Assembly: GCA_964016885.1 (NCBI GenBank)
Contig: OZ024742.1
Span: forward strand, 335,110,001 to 335,174,000
DNA: 64,000 bases
Reading direction: 5' to 3'
From: Eledone cirrhosa
Taxonomy: Eukaryota
The notes beneath the pieces are model-generated. The model was not told where the DNA came from and searched no databases. It saw only the letters and a list, made by a program, of their open reading frames with translations. This document shows, piece after piece, positions 62,455-64,000 of this stretch (its first letter is position 1; each line of letters begins with the position of its first letter). A program made the translations under genes and the position numbers.

Positions 62455-62579
62455 CTGCATAAGGAAAGAGGGGGAAATAATGGTGAGAACTGGTGGTGGT
62501 GGTGGTGGTGGTGGTGAAGGATATTGTAGTGATGGTGATGGTGCTGGTAGTGATGGTGGTTGTGGTCTTAGTGGTGATA

Positions 62580-62671
62580 GAAGAAGAAGAAGAAGAAGAA
62601 GAAGAAGAAGAAGAAGAAGAAGAAGAAGAAGAAGAAGAAGAAGAAGAAGAAGAAGAAGAAGAAGAAGAAGA
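62580..62671. repeat. Pure (GAA)n microsatellite, about 30 units
   Basis: Read directly. Confidence 0.95.
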
Positions 62672-63395
62672 AAAAGAAAAAGAAAGATATATGAGAAAGA
62701 AGATTGTTAATGGCGGAGGTAAGAGAAAATAACAAACAGATGAAAGTATATTGGAGTAGTGGAAAGAGAATAGATTCAAAATGGAGAAGTTAAGAATGGT
62801 TGTAGAGACATGCAAAAAAGGAGAATAAGATGAGAAAGAAGAGTTGAAGAAGGGGGGATAACTGGAGAGCAAAGGTGTGGGAGGAGAAGTCGAAAGAGGC
62901 AAGTGAGGGGCAAGTAGAAAAAAGAATAAATAAGGTTAAGGAGACGTAAGTGAAACATAAGGTGACTTCAGGGAGGTAGTGTGATTGGCGAGAGGGATAG
63001 AAGAAGAGAGTGAAGGAGAGAGGGTAGATAGAGAAATGGATAGAGAGAGAGAGGGGGTGGTAGATAGATAGATAGAGAGGGAAAGAGAGGTAGATAGATA
63101 AAGAGAGAAACGTAGGTAGGTAGGTGGATAGATAGATAGATATGTTTATGGATAGATAGATAGATATATAGAGTGATAGAGTGATAGAGAGAGAGAGAGA
63201 GAGAGAGACAGATAGAGAGATAGATAGAGAGGGGGAAGGGGTGGTGGTATGGTAAATTATGCAGTGTTGATATTACAGGTGGGTGGTTTGTAGAGAAAGT
63301 GAGGGGGAAGAGGTGAGAGTATATAATGAGACAGGGAGGAGGGGGGTTAAAGAATTGAAGAATGATAGAGGGGGTGAGGGGTGTTAATTGTGTGA

Positions 63396-63548
63396 ATGAT
63401 GACGATGATGATGGTGATCATGAAGGTGGTGGCAATGATGATGGTGGTGGCGATGATGATGATGGTGATGGCGAAAGTGATGGCGGTGATGATGGTGATG
63501 GCAATGATGATGGTGGTGATGATGGTGATGGTGATGTGATAGTGATGG

Positions 63549-63582
<34 letters not shown>

Positions 63583-64000
63583 AGCCATGGTGATGGTGGT
63601 GGTGATGAAGGTGAAGGTGATGGCGATGAATGTGGAGGTGATGGTGATGGCGATGATGATGGTGGTTGTGATGAAGGTGATGGTGATGGCTCTAATGATG
63701 GTGGTGATGCTACTGGTGGTGGTGATGGTGGAAGTGGTGATGGTGGTGGTGGTCATGGTGGTGGTGATAATAATGATAATGATGGTGATGATGGTGATGA
63801 TGGTGTGGTGGTGGAGATGTGGAATGGTGATGGTGGAGGAGGATGTAATTGAGTTTAATACGATGATGATGATGGTGTTGGTGATGGTCATGGTGGTGGT
63901 GATGGTGGTGATGGTGATGGTGGTGGTGGTGGTGATGGTGGTGATGGTGGTGGTGGTGGTGATGGTGGTGATGGTGATGGTGGTGGTGGTGGTGATGGTG
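63396..64000. repeat. (GAT/GGT) degenerate triplet array running off-window
   Basis: Read directly. Confidence 0.9.

Overview
Eukaryotic, extremely repeat-rich DNA. The SINE families and microsatellite density look like a coleoid cephalopod (Octopus); this is recalled from the repeat sequences, not tested by a search. About 40.4 kb (21.6-62.0 kb) is one 12-bp satellite, (ACCACCACTAAT)n, organised into nested higher-order repeats of 2,740 bp, 3,205 bp and about 3.8 kb. Further (ACC/GGT)-type arrays lie at 8.85-12.2 kb and 16.4-20.9 kb. Nearly all long ORFs in the supplied track are artefacts of these repeats. The first 16 kb holds transposon remnants: a mariner-like end, two non-autonomous RTE derivatives, a 5'-truncated R4/Dong-type element in (CATA)n, a Tx1/L1-type fragment with a 20-bp TSD in (GATA)n, tRNA-derived SINEs, a Helitron/HINE-like element, and a Penelope-like remnant carrying a minimal hammerhead ribozyme. 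Several fold-back palindromes occur (47 bp to about 0.75 kb arms). Small unique islands at the edges of the satellite blocks carry minus-strand splice signals and join in phase into a candidate ORF of about 93 aa, suggesting a gene whose introns (3.4 kb and about 40.9 kb) are almost pure satellite. This gene model is unverified.
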